From Klebsiella phage KP8, in the sequence record MG922974.1: DNA of 24,000 bases, one strand, 5' to 3'. Under the pieces are notes generated by a model that did no database searches, was not told the origin of the DNA, and was given only the letters and a program-made list of their open reading frames with translations. Both the position numbers and the translations under genes were made by a program. The first letter of the stretch is position 1, and every line of letters starts with the position of its first letter. This document shows positions 9,837 to 17,619 of this stretch, piece after piece.

Positions 9837-10454
9837 TTAATCGTCGTTTAAGCTACCAGCTGCAAGCTGGGCTTGACCCAGTTGCTTCAGCTCTTCTGGA
9901 GTCAGAGGAGGCAGAACTTCAATTGCGAATTCACGAACCCATTGCTGTTCTACACGTTCTTTACCGTTACGCCCTTTCTTAACGCTAACGTGCAGGAACT
10001 TGCGACTCTTCAGGAGTTTATAGAGGCAGTAAGGGATGTGGTAGCCATTGTCAGTTGCTTCGCCATATGGAACGAACTTACGAACAGTACCCATATAGTC
10101 GTTAGCAACAGTAAGAATTTCACCTGGCAAATCTTTCTTCTTCGGGTCCAGGTTTTGAATACGTACACGAATCAGTCGAGTATTCTCAAGACGGATACGT
10201 TGAGCCATGCTCAGTTTGTCTTCTTGTACGGTAGTAGTAGCCAACGGGTTTACTTCAGCTTGTTCCTGTTCAGTGATGCCTTCCTGTGCATCTGCCACCT
10301 TTTTACGCAGTGCTTCCAATCCGATGTTATTAGAGAATTTGATACCCATCATGGTTGCACGTTGCTTAAGAATGGTCATCTCATCAACTTGTAACTCATC
10401 AACGGAATCGTTGCCCTGAACGTTGTCAGTGGTCGGCTTGTCGTTAATGCTCAT
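9837..10454 (-). CDS. N4 gp55-like protein (205 aa), function unknown
   Basis: ORF MSINDKPTTDNVQGNDSVDELQ...; immediately downstream of the capsid gene; RBS CAAAGGAAAC upstream. Confidence 0.72.
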   Translation of the reverse strand: MSINDKPTTDNVQGNDSVDELQVDEMTILKQRATMMGIKFSNNIGLEALRKKVADAQEGITEQEQAEVNPLATTTVQEDKLSMAQRIRLENTRLIRVRIQNLDPKKKDLPGEILTVANDYMGTVRKFVPYGEATDNGYHIPYCLYKLLKSRKFLHVSVKKGRNGKERVEQQWVREFAIEVLPPLTPEELKQLGQAQLAAGSLNDD

Positions 10455-10481
10455 GTCATGTTTCCTTTGGTTCGATTAAAG

Positions 10482-10499
10482 GGGGGAGTTACCTCCCCC
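10482..10499 (-). terminator. Hairpin just downstream of the capsid stop; weak terminator or mRNA-stabilising element
   Basis: Minus strand GGGGGAG-GTAA-CTCCCCC: 7-bp GC-rich stem with GNRA-type loop, then CTTTAAT, a weak U-tract. Confidence 0.5.
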
Positions 10500-10507
10500 G
10501 TATTTTA

Positions 10508-11713
10508 TTACAGTGGTGCAACAGTCTTAATCAGAGCCAGACGCTCTGGACGTTTAACCAGGATGCCATAGTACCACTTAATGCTGGAGAAGCCAGTTTC
10601 ACCGTAAGGGTCGTTACGGTCAGCCGTCTCTTTACCCGGCATTTTGGTCATGACAGTGAACTTAACAGACTTACCATCAGTCTGGAAACCGATAGAGGTA
10701 AACGAGTCGTCACCAACTACCAGCATTGGGAACACGTCATAGTGCTCAGTACCATTCACGGTAGAGGTACGGTAGCCTGGGTTAGCAGAAGTAGCTTCTG
10801 CACCAGCACCTGCCCAATGCAGCATCTCAGGAACCTGAATGATACGGAACTTATCAATAGAACCGATTTCACCATTCATCAGGGTACCAGCATCACCATA
10901 GTGCTGAACTTCGATGAAAGCTTTGTTACCAAACAGGTCTTTCATTGCTTTCAGTTCTGGTACCAGCTCAGAGCCTACGTACATTACACGGGTAGAACCG
11001 ATGACACGGGTGTCAATCATACGGGAACCAGTGATAATAGTAGTCTGGGTCGGTGTACGGTTATCGGTCAGGATTTGGTCCAGACGCATCAGGTTCTTGT
11101 AAGAAACTACGGAAGGAGCTGCACCTTCACCAGTGACTTCGTCATCAGAAGTTGCTGCTCCTGCATACAGAATGGTACCGGCAGCAGCCAGCAGGTCTTT
11201 TTGCAGTACTGCTTCAGTCAGCTGAACGGCACCGTTCATCAGTTCACGAGACAGGTGTTCTTTCAGGCCATCGTCAGAATCGAAATCCAGGGATTCCTGG
11301 GTGAATTCGTAGAAGAAACCAAACTTGTGAATGGAACCTTCACGAGACAGACGGGTAAAGCCAACACGGTTCACACGACCACCGTTCTCAGTCAGCAGAG
11401 GCAGACGAGAGGTAATGGTACCGATGTCTTTGCTGGAACCATACAGATTACCATTCACGATGGTAGCACCGTTGGCGTCAATACCCTGGTCATTGATGTT
11501 CTTGTCATCCAGCAGAGGAACATATTCGTAGACTTTAATAGTCTTACCGTAGTTCTTCGGCATATTGGTAACAGATGCCAGAGGCATGAAATATTGGTCT
11601 TTACGAGATTGGATAATAGCTTTCTTCAACCAGAAGAAGGTATTCATCTGGTCAGAGTTAGCACCATCAATACTAGACTTTTGACCGTCAATAGGAGCGT
11701 TATAGTTAAGCAT
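10508..11713 (-). CDS. Major capsid protein, N4 gp56-like (401 aa)
   Basis: 401-aa [36 protein letters not shown]...; size and position identical to my recollection of N4 gp56; downstream of portal and scaffold-like genes. Confidence 0.92.
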   Translation of the reverse strand: MLNYNAPIDGQKSSIDGANSDQMNTFFWLKKAIIQSRKDQYFMPLASVTNMPKNYGKTIKVYEYVPLLDDKNINDQGIDANGATIVNGNLYGSSKDIGTITSRLPLLTENGGRVNRVGFTRLSREGSIHKFGFFYEFTQESLDFDSDDGLKEHLSRELMNGAVQLTEAVLQKDLLAAAGTILYAGAATSDDEVTGEGAAPSVVSYKNLMRLDQILTDNRTPTQTTIITGSRMIDTRVIGSTRVMYVGSELVPELKAMKDLFGNKAFIEVQHYGDAGTLMNGEIGSIDKFRIIQVPEMLHWAGAGAEATSANPGYRTSTVNGTEHYDVFPMLVVGDDSFTSIGFQTDGKSVKFTVMTKMPGKETADRNDPYGETGFSSIKWYYGILVKRPERLALIKTVAPL

Positions 11714-11725
11714 GTACTTTACCTT

Positions 11726-12955
11726 TTAAAGTCTACCGGGTACGGGTAGTTTAGCGAAATCTTCGTCACTCATAGCGAGTGGGTTAATAAACTGTTCTAC
11801 TTTACGTGGTGCAGCTCGACTAGGAGATGCAGCACTTGCTTGCTCTGTGTTAGTAATAACCGGTTTAGGTTGTACTACACGAGTAACTACAGGAGCTTTA
11901 GCAGCTGGAGTAGTTACAGTAGGTTCTGCCTTTGGCTGCACCAGGTCAGCAAATCCACCAGCAGCAGCCAGTTGATTACCAACCTGATTATACGCAGCCA
12001 AAAACGGAGTACCAGCCGGAATCTGACCTAACATTTGCAGACGACTCATTTCAGAAACGATACGGTCGTAAATACCATTTTCACGTTGCTGCTGAATTGT
12101 CTGTAGTAAGCCACGATTCTCAAACAGTGCTTCTTTACTCTGTGCATCCCATGTCTGAGCGATTACACCTAAAGTAGCTTGTCCTTCTGGGGTAGACTTT
12201 AAATCGTCCAGTTCGGTTGCAAATGCTGCTTCAGCGTCAGTTACACGGTGATTGCCTGCTTGGTAATTAACTTCCTCTTCCGGGTTAATATCGAGAGGGT
12301 CAATACCAGCTTCTTTAATCAACTTCTTAATAGCGTCAGGGTTCTTTTTCTCCAGGTCAATCAGGAAAGAAAGTTTACCTTCATCCATTAATCCGTTGTT
12401 TTCCAGCATCAGCATTACCTTACGATAAGGCTGCAATTCTTGCATTTTACGAGTGTAGTTAGCACCCATCTGCATCAGGCTAATGGCCTCCTCCGGTGAA
12501 CGGGGAGTAATCATTTTACCGTTAGCTTTAAAGGGGGCCATGATTTGCTCGTAGCCTGCTTTATAGTTGAAGTCGGCGGGCAGACCTTCAGACTTGGGAG
12601 TTTCCTCCTGCTTGTCTTTACCTTCAACCTGGCCGGGTTGTTCGGTAGTAGAGGCATCTTCAGTAATCGGCTTACCGTTACTATCAACTTCTGTATTGTC
12701 AACTTTATCATTAACATTATCAGAATTGGAAGAGTTTGCATCTTCTACTTTTTCAACTTCGGTTTCTACTTCAGGTTCTACTTGCTGTTGCTGTTCAGCT
12801 TGAGTGGCAACTACATCGTCATTATTCTGACTATGAGCATTGTCATCTTCTGGGTTGTTCTGAGTGTCTTCAACAACAGGGGAAGACATATTCAGAATCT
12901 CATCATCCGACATTTCGAAAATGTCGGAAGCCTTATTAGTGGCTTCCGTAGTCAT
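11726..12955 (-). CDS. Acidic scaffold-type protein, N4 gp57-like (409 aa)
   Basis: Between portal/gp58-like and capsid genes; N-terminal ~120 residues extremely acidic and Gln/Asn-rich; C-terminal low-complexity Pro/Ala region. Confidence 0.72.
   Translation of the reverse strand: MTTEATNKASDIFEMSDDEILNMSSPVVEDTQNNPEDDNAHSQNNDDVVATQAEQQQQVEPEVETEVEKVEDANSSNSDNVNDKVDNTEVDSNGKPITEDASTTEQPGQVEGKDKQEETPKSEGLPADFNYKAGYEQIMAPFKANGKMITPRSPEEAISLMQMGANYTRKMQELQPYRKVMLMLENNGLMDEGKLSFLIDLEKKNPDAIKKLIKEAGIDPLDINPEEEVNYQAGNHRVTDAEAAFATELDDLKSTPEGQATLGVIAQTWDAQSKEALFENRGLLQTIQQQRENGIYDRIVSEMSRLQMLGQIPAGTPFLAAYNQVGNQLAAAGGFADLVQPKAEPTVTTPAAKAPVVTRVVQPKPVITNTEQASAASPSRAAPRKVEQFINPLAMSDEDFAKLPVPGRL
12909..12925. 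repeat. Perfect stem-loop inside the 5' end of the scaffold-like gene
   Basis: GACATTT-CGA-AAATGTC, 7-bp arms. Confidence 0.6.
12926..12947. repeat. Second perfect stem-loop directly abutting the first, beginning 8 nt from the scaffold-like start codon end
   Basis: GGAAGCC-TTATTAGT-GGCTTCC, 7-bp arms. Confidence 0.6.
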
Positions 12956-12972
12956 AGGATATCTCCGGGTTA

Positions 12973-13323
12973 TTATTCAGTTTCATCTTCTGGCTGGGCA
13001 CGAAGTTTTTCGAGTTCATCGTCCACATCCAGAATAGAGCGTTCACTGGAATCTGCCATACGCAAGGTAATGTCCAGCCAACGTTTAAGGTGACCACCTG
13101 CCTGAGCCAGTGCTAATGCATCTGCTCGCTGGTCTGCTGTAAGCAGTGGGTCACAGGATTCTTGTACGTAACGTGCAGCTGACTGAATACAGAAATCTTC
13201 CAGAATGACTTTACGGAAGAGTGGGTTACCCATGAGTTTACGCACATCTTCTGCATAGGCAACAGAGGCTTTCAGCTTGTTACGGTGGATTTCTAGTTCT
13301 TCAATGGTATATTCGGTTGACAT
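12973..13323 (-). CDS. N4 gp58-like small protein (116 aa)
   Basis: ORF MSTEYTIEELEIHRNKLKASVAYAEDVRKLMG...; tightly packed between portal and scaffold-like genes. Confidence 0.68.
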   Translation of the reverse strand: MSTEYTIEELEIHRNKLKASVAYAEDVRKLMGNPLFRKVILEDFCIQSAARYVQESCDPLLTADQRADALALAQAGGHLKRWLDITLRMADSSERSILDVDDELEKLRAQPEDETE

Positions 13324-13336
13324 GGTCTGCCTCTTA

Positions 13337-15622
13337 TTAAATGTTCATACCAGGACTAAGAGCTGGGTCTTGTGCTGGGTCAAAGTATTTGGAACCAATT
13401 GAGAGAGCTGGGTCATTCTGTGCTGCTATCTCTCTATCAGGTATAGATTGAATACCCGAATTATCTCCGTTGGTCAATGCATTATACCCAATTGCAGCAG
13501 ATATGTTAGGGGAAGAATCACCTTCTTTCTGTGGTTGGGTAAGTGCCTTAGTAACTTGCAGGTTCTGGTTACCCTGAGACTGAGCTTTCTGCTTATCCAT
13601 CTCACGAGCATGTTTAGTACCAGATTCCTGTTCCAGGTAATCCAGGTTAGTAAGGTCTTTCTTAGCAATCTCTGCTTCAGCTTTAGCTTTGTTGAGTTCA
13701 ATTTGAGATTTAATTTCTTCGTTCTCAAGTTGTGCTTTCTCAACAGCAAGACGTTTAAGTTCTTCTTCCATCGGGTCTGGTTGTGGCTGATAAGTACGTA
13801 ATTCATGTGCCAGGTCAGGCATACGTTTAAGGTCTGCAACCTTAGCGAGTAAACGTAACTTAACATCCATTGGTACAGAGTCACCCAATGTTTGAACCAT
13901 GAAGCCTAAATCCTGGGACTTCTGGTTATCAATCTCAGCAGTATTAATATCAACTTCTAAGTCGAAGTTACCTGCTAAGTCTTCACGGTTTACTTCAATA
14001 AACTCTTCGTTAGTGATTCGAACGACTTCTTTCTCTGACAGGAATACAGCATTCATTGCACAAATCTTTGTGCCAATGTCAGCCATACCTTTTGCCAGAC
14101 GTCGTAAAATAGCCATCTCACGCTTAGAAGCAGCGTCGAGTACACCGCGAATACCGGCAGCAACATCACCGTAAGCTTCACCTGTTACACCACCAGCAAA
14201 TGCTTTAACACCCGTTAGTGCCTCTGCTTCCTGGTTCTGCATTTGGGACATTACAATAGCTGACTGAGGTAACTCAGGGAACTTATGCTCAATAATGGAC
14301 TGAGCTGGGTTACCTTGTAATGGGTTGTACTCATAGTCTTGCCCATCCTCAAAACGTCTACGGTTAAGAGCATCGAGCATTCCTTTAGGGTAAGCACGTT
14401 GACCGTTGGCACTACGACCAAGTAGGTCAATCATGCCACGCATAGTAGCACCCAGAATCTTTTGGTTTTCACCAAGCAATTCTGCATCAGCTTCCCCAAA
14501 CAGGTCTCGTTTACGAGGCATGTAGGGAGTAACAACAATTGGTAACTTACCGTCAGGATAGGGATTCTTCTCTAAACGAATAAGAGTGGAACCAATCCAG
14601 GTGGCTACAATTGGTTGCAACTCGCCCTTACCATCTGTATCCCAGAATCCCCAGTATTCATATGCAACTACACGCTTACGCATAGCATCCCGGAACTGGA
14701 AATCTCCAGGGGTATTGGATGCATGGTCTGGGTCAGTAATAGGAGAGCTGGAATCCCAGTCAATCTTATCCAGGTTGTGGTAACGACCAGGTACCTTAAG
14801 TAAGTCAGCCTTACAGGTTTCAAAGGATATGACACAGTAGAGTGCTTTATCTAAATCACCATTGCAGGATGGGTCAACTACTACGTTGTTAGGGTCGAGA
14901 AATTCTACAGTAGGTCTGTTGACGATTGCCTTTTCAATCTCTACTTCCGTGGAACCAGACTGAATAGCGTAAGTAGCTTCGCCGGTTTCCTCAAAGTAGT
15001 TAACTGCTTCTTTAATGTCATCCGGTACGTTTTCCTCGTACTGACGAGGGTTAGCAGTCTTTAATTCCATAGCCTGTTGCAAAGCCTGAATCTGCTCTTC
15101 TGTTTCAATTGGGTAAAGCTGGAATACTGGAGCTTCCTCTTTAACCTTAATAATACGACGGTCCCAGCCTACACGAGCAATACTGGTACCATCATCCACG
15201 GTAGAGTGAATGAAGTCATCAATGAGCTTCACACGGTTAAGTTGTGTACGGAACTGGTAGTTCAGTACTACCTCATTCTGACGAGCTGCATCAGCATCTT
15301 CCCAGGTAGCAGGCTTTACCGTAAATAGCTTAGGTGAAGACAAGAATGGTTCAGACAGAGGAGCATAACGCCACTCTGCCTGACGGCGAACCAGTTTAGG
15401 TTGAACCTGAGAACGACCTTTAATCTTAGGAGGCTTGTGCTTACCCGTTGTTTTACGTAAGTCATTCCAGTCATTGATTTCATTCATCAATGCATCATGA
15501 GCTGGTTTACCTGCCTCAAGGTCAGCCTTTAAGGATTGTATACTGGGTTCCTTTGCCCAGTCTGTAAGCTTACTAGACTCGCTTGGGTCTGGCATTGGCT
15601 TCATAGAATCAACGGTTTCCAT
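13337..15622 (-). CDS. Portal protein, N4 gp59-like (761 aa)
   Basis: 761-aa ORF with portal-like sequence (...[76 protein letters not shown]...), size and synteny as N4 gp59. Confidence 0.9.
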   Translation of the reverse strand: METVDSMKPMPDPSESSKLTDWAKEPSIQSLKADLEAGKPAHDALMNEINDWNDLRKTTGKHKPPKIKGRSQVQPKLVRRQAEWRYAPLSEPFLSSPKLFTVKPATWEDADAARQNEVVLNYQFRTQLNRVKLIDDFIHSTVDDGTSIARVGWDRRIIKVKEEAPVFQLYPIETEEQIQALQQAMELKTANPRQYEENVPDDIKEAVNYFEETGEATYAIQSGSTEVEIEKAIVNRPTVEFLDPNNVVVDPSCNGDLDKALYCVISFETCKADLLKVPGRYHNLDKIDWDSSSPITDPDHASNTPGDFQFRDAMRKRVVAYEYWGFWDTDGKGELQPIVATWIGSTLIRLEKNPYPDGKLPIVVTPYMPRKRDLFGEADAELLGENQKILGATMRGMIDLLGRSANGQRAYPKGMLDALNRRRFEDGQDYEYNPLQGNPAQSIIEHKFPELPQSAIVMSQMQNQEAEALTGVKAFAGGVTGEAYGDVAAGIRGVLDAASKREMAILRRLAKGMADIGTKICAMNAVFLSEKEVVRITNEEFIEVNREDLAGNFDLEVDINTAEIDNQKSQDLGFMVQTLGDSVPMDVKLRLLAKVADLKRMPDLAHELRTYQPQPDPMEEELKRLAVEKAQLENEEIKSQIELNKAKAEAEIAKKDLTNLDYLEQESGTKHAREMDKQKAQSQGNQNLQVTKALTQPQKEGDSSPNISAAIGYNALTNGDNSGIQSIPDREIAAQNDPALSIGSKYFDPAQDPALSPGMNI

Positions 15623-15630
15623 AATAAGTC

Positions 15631-16131
15631 CTATTCTAATAGTTTACGGTCTGCTCGAATCTGATTGGACAATTCAATTATTTGCCCGTCACGGAGTCTA
15701 ACAGTTGCCCGGAGTTCTTCAACCAGCTGTCTGCCTTGTTCAAGACTGTTGTCGAGTCTGGCTGCATGGCTTGCAAGACTTCTGCACTCAGTGGCTCCAC
15801 CTTCGGCTTGACGTTGATATACTTTGGCTCTTTGTTCAGATTGCTGCAACCTAGCAGAGTACTGACTAGAGATAGCGTCAAGAGAAGCTTGGTAATTCTC
15901 GTTGGCAGTTTTGAGTCTTGCTTGCAATAGCTCGACTTCGTACTTGTGCTGTCTGCTAAGTGCATCATTCTCACCTTTAGCTTTGTTAATAGCCTGCTCG
16001 TCTAAACGCTTCTGTGCATCCCATTTGGTTTGCACAGAGTGCTGACCAGTCTCGTATACTCTCCAACAAATAAAGGCTGCTGACGCAGCCAATAAGATGA
16101 TGGAGCAAACCTTATAGTTTAGCGTCATCAT
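15631..16131 (-). CDS. Rz: Rz-like inner-membrane spanin subunit (about 166 aa)
   Basis: N-terminal TM ([21 protein letters not shown]) then long coiled-coil with Gln/Lys/Glu; downstream of endolysin; start at 16131 (MM) preceded by GGAGAAG rather than the track start 16179. Confidence 0.82.
   Translation of the reverse strand: MMTLNYKVCSIILLAASAAFICWRVYETGQHSVQTKWDAQKRLDEQAINKAKGENDALSRQHKYEVELLQARLKTANENYQASLDAISSQYSARLQQSEQRAKVYQRQAEGGATECRSLASHAARLDNSLEQGRQLVEELRATVRLRDGQIIELSNQIRADRKLLE
15678..15974 (-). CDS. Rz1: Rz1-like outer-membrane lipoprotein, nested out of frame inside Rz
   Basis: 98-aa ORF containing signal peptide and lipobox LVSTLLGC|SNLN; fully embedded in Rz. True start may be further downstream or non-ATG. 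Confidence 0.78.
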   Translation of the reverse strand: MRMMHLADSTSTKSSYCKQDSKLPTRITKLLLTLSLVSTLLGCSNLNKEPKYINVKPKVEPLSAEVLQAMQPDSTTVLNKADSWLKNSGQLLDSVTGK

Positions 16132-16750
16132 TACACTTCTCCAGAGGGACATTACCGATACGGTTAGCAACCCAACCATATGTAAAGTCTGGCATATTCA
16201 GTGAGACGTAATGAGTAAGCTGCTTACCATCCAACATCTTAATCATTACCTTACACGCTGCCACTTTGCCTCGTTTTTGTTGAAGGGCTTTATATGCGTT
16301 TAGTGTACCTGCACCGACTTTACCATCAACTTGGATTTTAGGGTAGTCTTTGCCACCCCTGCTTAAATCATTTAAGGATTCTTGCAACCACTTAGATGGG
16401 CGTGAAGTACCAGTGTTAACACCAGCATCCACAAGCTTATGGGTAACGGCTGGGCTAATGGAAGCAAATTCAAGAAAGCCAGGCTTGACAATATAGTCAT
16501 CCACATAGATGTCTGCTGCCATATCCTTGGTTAAACCCTTCATTGAACCATTCCAACCATACTCCCTGGCTAAGGTTTCTTTGTGGGACATTGCTACGGC
16601 TTTGGTGATTCCGTGATTAGTTTCACCTCCTGGGTCTTTGGGGTTATTTACATAGCCACCTTCCATTGTAAACACTACCCCCAGAATGGTAGCGATTACG
16701 GCCCCCACTGCACCTCCTTTTGCAGCTACTTTTTTATTCTTTATCTGCAT
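16112..16750 (-). CDS. SAR-type endolysin, GH108-like N-acetylmuramidase (N4 gp61-like, 212 aa)
   Basis: Weakly hydrophobic Gly/Ala-rich N-terminus (GGAVGAVIATILGVVFT) followed by MEGGYVNNPKDPGGETNHGITK, the GH108 catalytic signature. ATG at 16750 has AAAGGAAAC RBS. Confidence 0.9.
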   Translation of the reverse strand: MQIKNKKVAAKGGAVGAVIATILGVVFTMEGGYVNNPKDPGGETNHGITKAVAMSHKETLAREYGWNGSMKGLTKDMAADIYVDDYIVKPGFLEFASISPAVTHKLVDAGVNTGTSRPSKWLQESLNDLSRGGKDYPKIQVDGKVGAGTLNAYKALQQKRGKVAACKVMIKMLDGKQLTHYVSLNMPDFTYGWVANRIGNVPLEKCNDDAKL

Positions 16751-17000
16751 CACTTGTTTCCTTTGGTTTTAGGTGGAACAACCGAGCAACAATGTTAAGG
16801 AAGCAAACCCACATAATGATTTCGCTAGAATGGGGAATTTCCTTAAGTATGTGGGGAGGTATAGCATTTGAGTAGAGTTGGATAAGGTCCAATGCAGAAA
16901 AGAAAAACAAAACACCTGCACTTAACTGAATAGATGCCCACTTCCAACACTTCTTCCAGTTTGGTACCAAACCAACCCGTTTAGTTAACTTGCGAACCAT
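16734..17000 (-). CDS. Holin candidate (88 aa, two predicted TM segments)
   Basis: MVRKLTKRVGLVPNWKKCWKWASIQLSAGVLFFFSALDLIQLY...EIIMWVCFLNIVARLFHLKPK. Start at 17000 has CGGGAGA RBS; the track start at 17066 lies inside the upstream gene. Overlaps endolysin start by 17 nt. Confidence 0.68.
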   Translation of the reverse strand: MVRKLTKRVGLVPNWKKCWKWASIQLSAGVLFFFSALDLIQLYSNAIPPHILKEIPHSSEIIMWVCFLNIVARLFHLKPKETSDADKE

Positions 17001-17317
17001 GCGAAAATCTCCCGTCTGGCTGCTGCTAATATACCAATGATTGCACCTGCTCCAGCCCATACCCACTTACCAAATATACCAGCACCAACCACTTTGTGCT
17101 TGATGGTAATGAATTCTTCGATAGTAGGTTCAGACTTAGCAAGACTATCCTCAACACTCTTAAGTCGTCCTTCCATCTGTTGAACGGAGTCCCTAAGTCC
17201 AGATAGGGTCTGTTCTAGTTTTTCTTTAGAACGCTCCTCCTTTTCTTGGTTCTTAAATAAAGTTTCCAGTCTTTCCTCCAATCGGGCAAGAAGAACCGAA
17301 GTCGATTCATCGCTCAT
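16985..17317 (-). CDS. Small membrane protein, coiled-coil plus C-terminal hydrophobic segment (110 aa); lysis-associated candidate
   Basis: MSDESTSVLLARLEERLETLFKNQEKEERSKEKLEQTLSGLRDSVQQMEGRLKSVEDSL...GKWVWAGAGAIIGILAAARREIFAWFAS; first ORF of an overlapping cassette with holin, endolysin and Rz. Confidence 0.65.
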   Translation of the reverse strand: MSDESTSVLLARLEERLETLFKNQEKEERSKEKLEQTLSGLRDSVQQMEGRLKSVEDSLAKSEPTIEEFITIKHKVVGAGIFGKWVWAGAGAIIGILAAARREIFAWFAS

Positions 17318-17415
17318 GAGAAAGTCCTTATTGTTCGTAATGCCACCCAGATGGGACGTATCAGAAGACTCTGACTGAATGATAATACTGATTTAGGCAA
17401 GAGTAAGGAAGAAAG

Positions 17416-17440
17416 AAAAGCCCCCGTAAAGGGGGCTTTT
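17416..17440 (-). terminator. Strong rho-independent terminator, possibly bidirectional, separating tailspike genes from lysis cassette
   Basis: AAAAGCCCCC-GTAAA-GGGGGCTTTT, perfect 10-bp inverted repeat with T-runs on both strands. Confidence 0.9.
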
Positions 17441-17441
17441 A

Positions 17442-17618
17442 TTATACTGATGTATCCAGGTATCGCTTTGTTATTAACTCTGCCCCAGCTGCTTTGGCTT
17501 CATCCTGAGTGCTGTATTCTGATAAATCCATTATCACTTGAATCTGGGAACCAATCCAATCTTCGGGAGTTCCTGTGCATACCAGTTTGCTACCAACAAT
17601 CTCGTAATCAATCTGCAT
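17442..17618 (-). CDS. Small protein of 58 aa downstream of the second tailspike, function unknown; below the size cutoff of the supplied track
   Basis: Manual translation: MQIDYEIVGSKLVCTGTPEDWIGSQIQVIMDLSEYSTQDEAKAAGAELITKRYLDTSV*. ATG lies 1 nt after the spike TGA; stop sits immediately before the terminator. Confidence 0.6.
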   Translation of the reverse strand: MQIDYEIVGSKLVCTGTPEDWIGSQIQVIMDLSEYSTQDEAKAAGAELITKRYLDTSV

Positions 17619-17619
17619 A

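Noticed and set aside
9873-10394. 173-aa plus-strand ORF opposite the gp55-like gene
   Set aside because: No coding signature and wholly antisense to a syntenic minus-strand gene.
10742-11749. 335-aa plus-strand ORF opposite the major capsid gene
   Set aside because: It mirrors the capsid codons with no RBS or recognisable protein family; explained by strong codon bias in the capsid gene (few TTA/CTA/TCA codons).
12545-13093. 182-aa plus-strand ORF with hydrophobic Phe/Tyr-rich stretch
   Set aside because: Antisense shadow of the acidic low-complexity region (GAA/GAN codons read as TTC/NTC) of the scaffold-like gene; crosses a gene boundary.
13474-13884. 136-aa minus-strand ORF overlapping the portal gene
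   Set aside because: Alternative-frame shadow of the portal C-terminus, no recognisable features.
17001-17066. N-terminal extension of the holin candidate (track start 17066)
   Set aside because: Extension MGMGWSRCNHWYISSSQTGDFR lies inside the upstream gene; the ATG at 17000 has a clear RBS.
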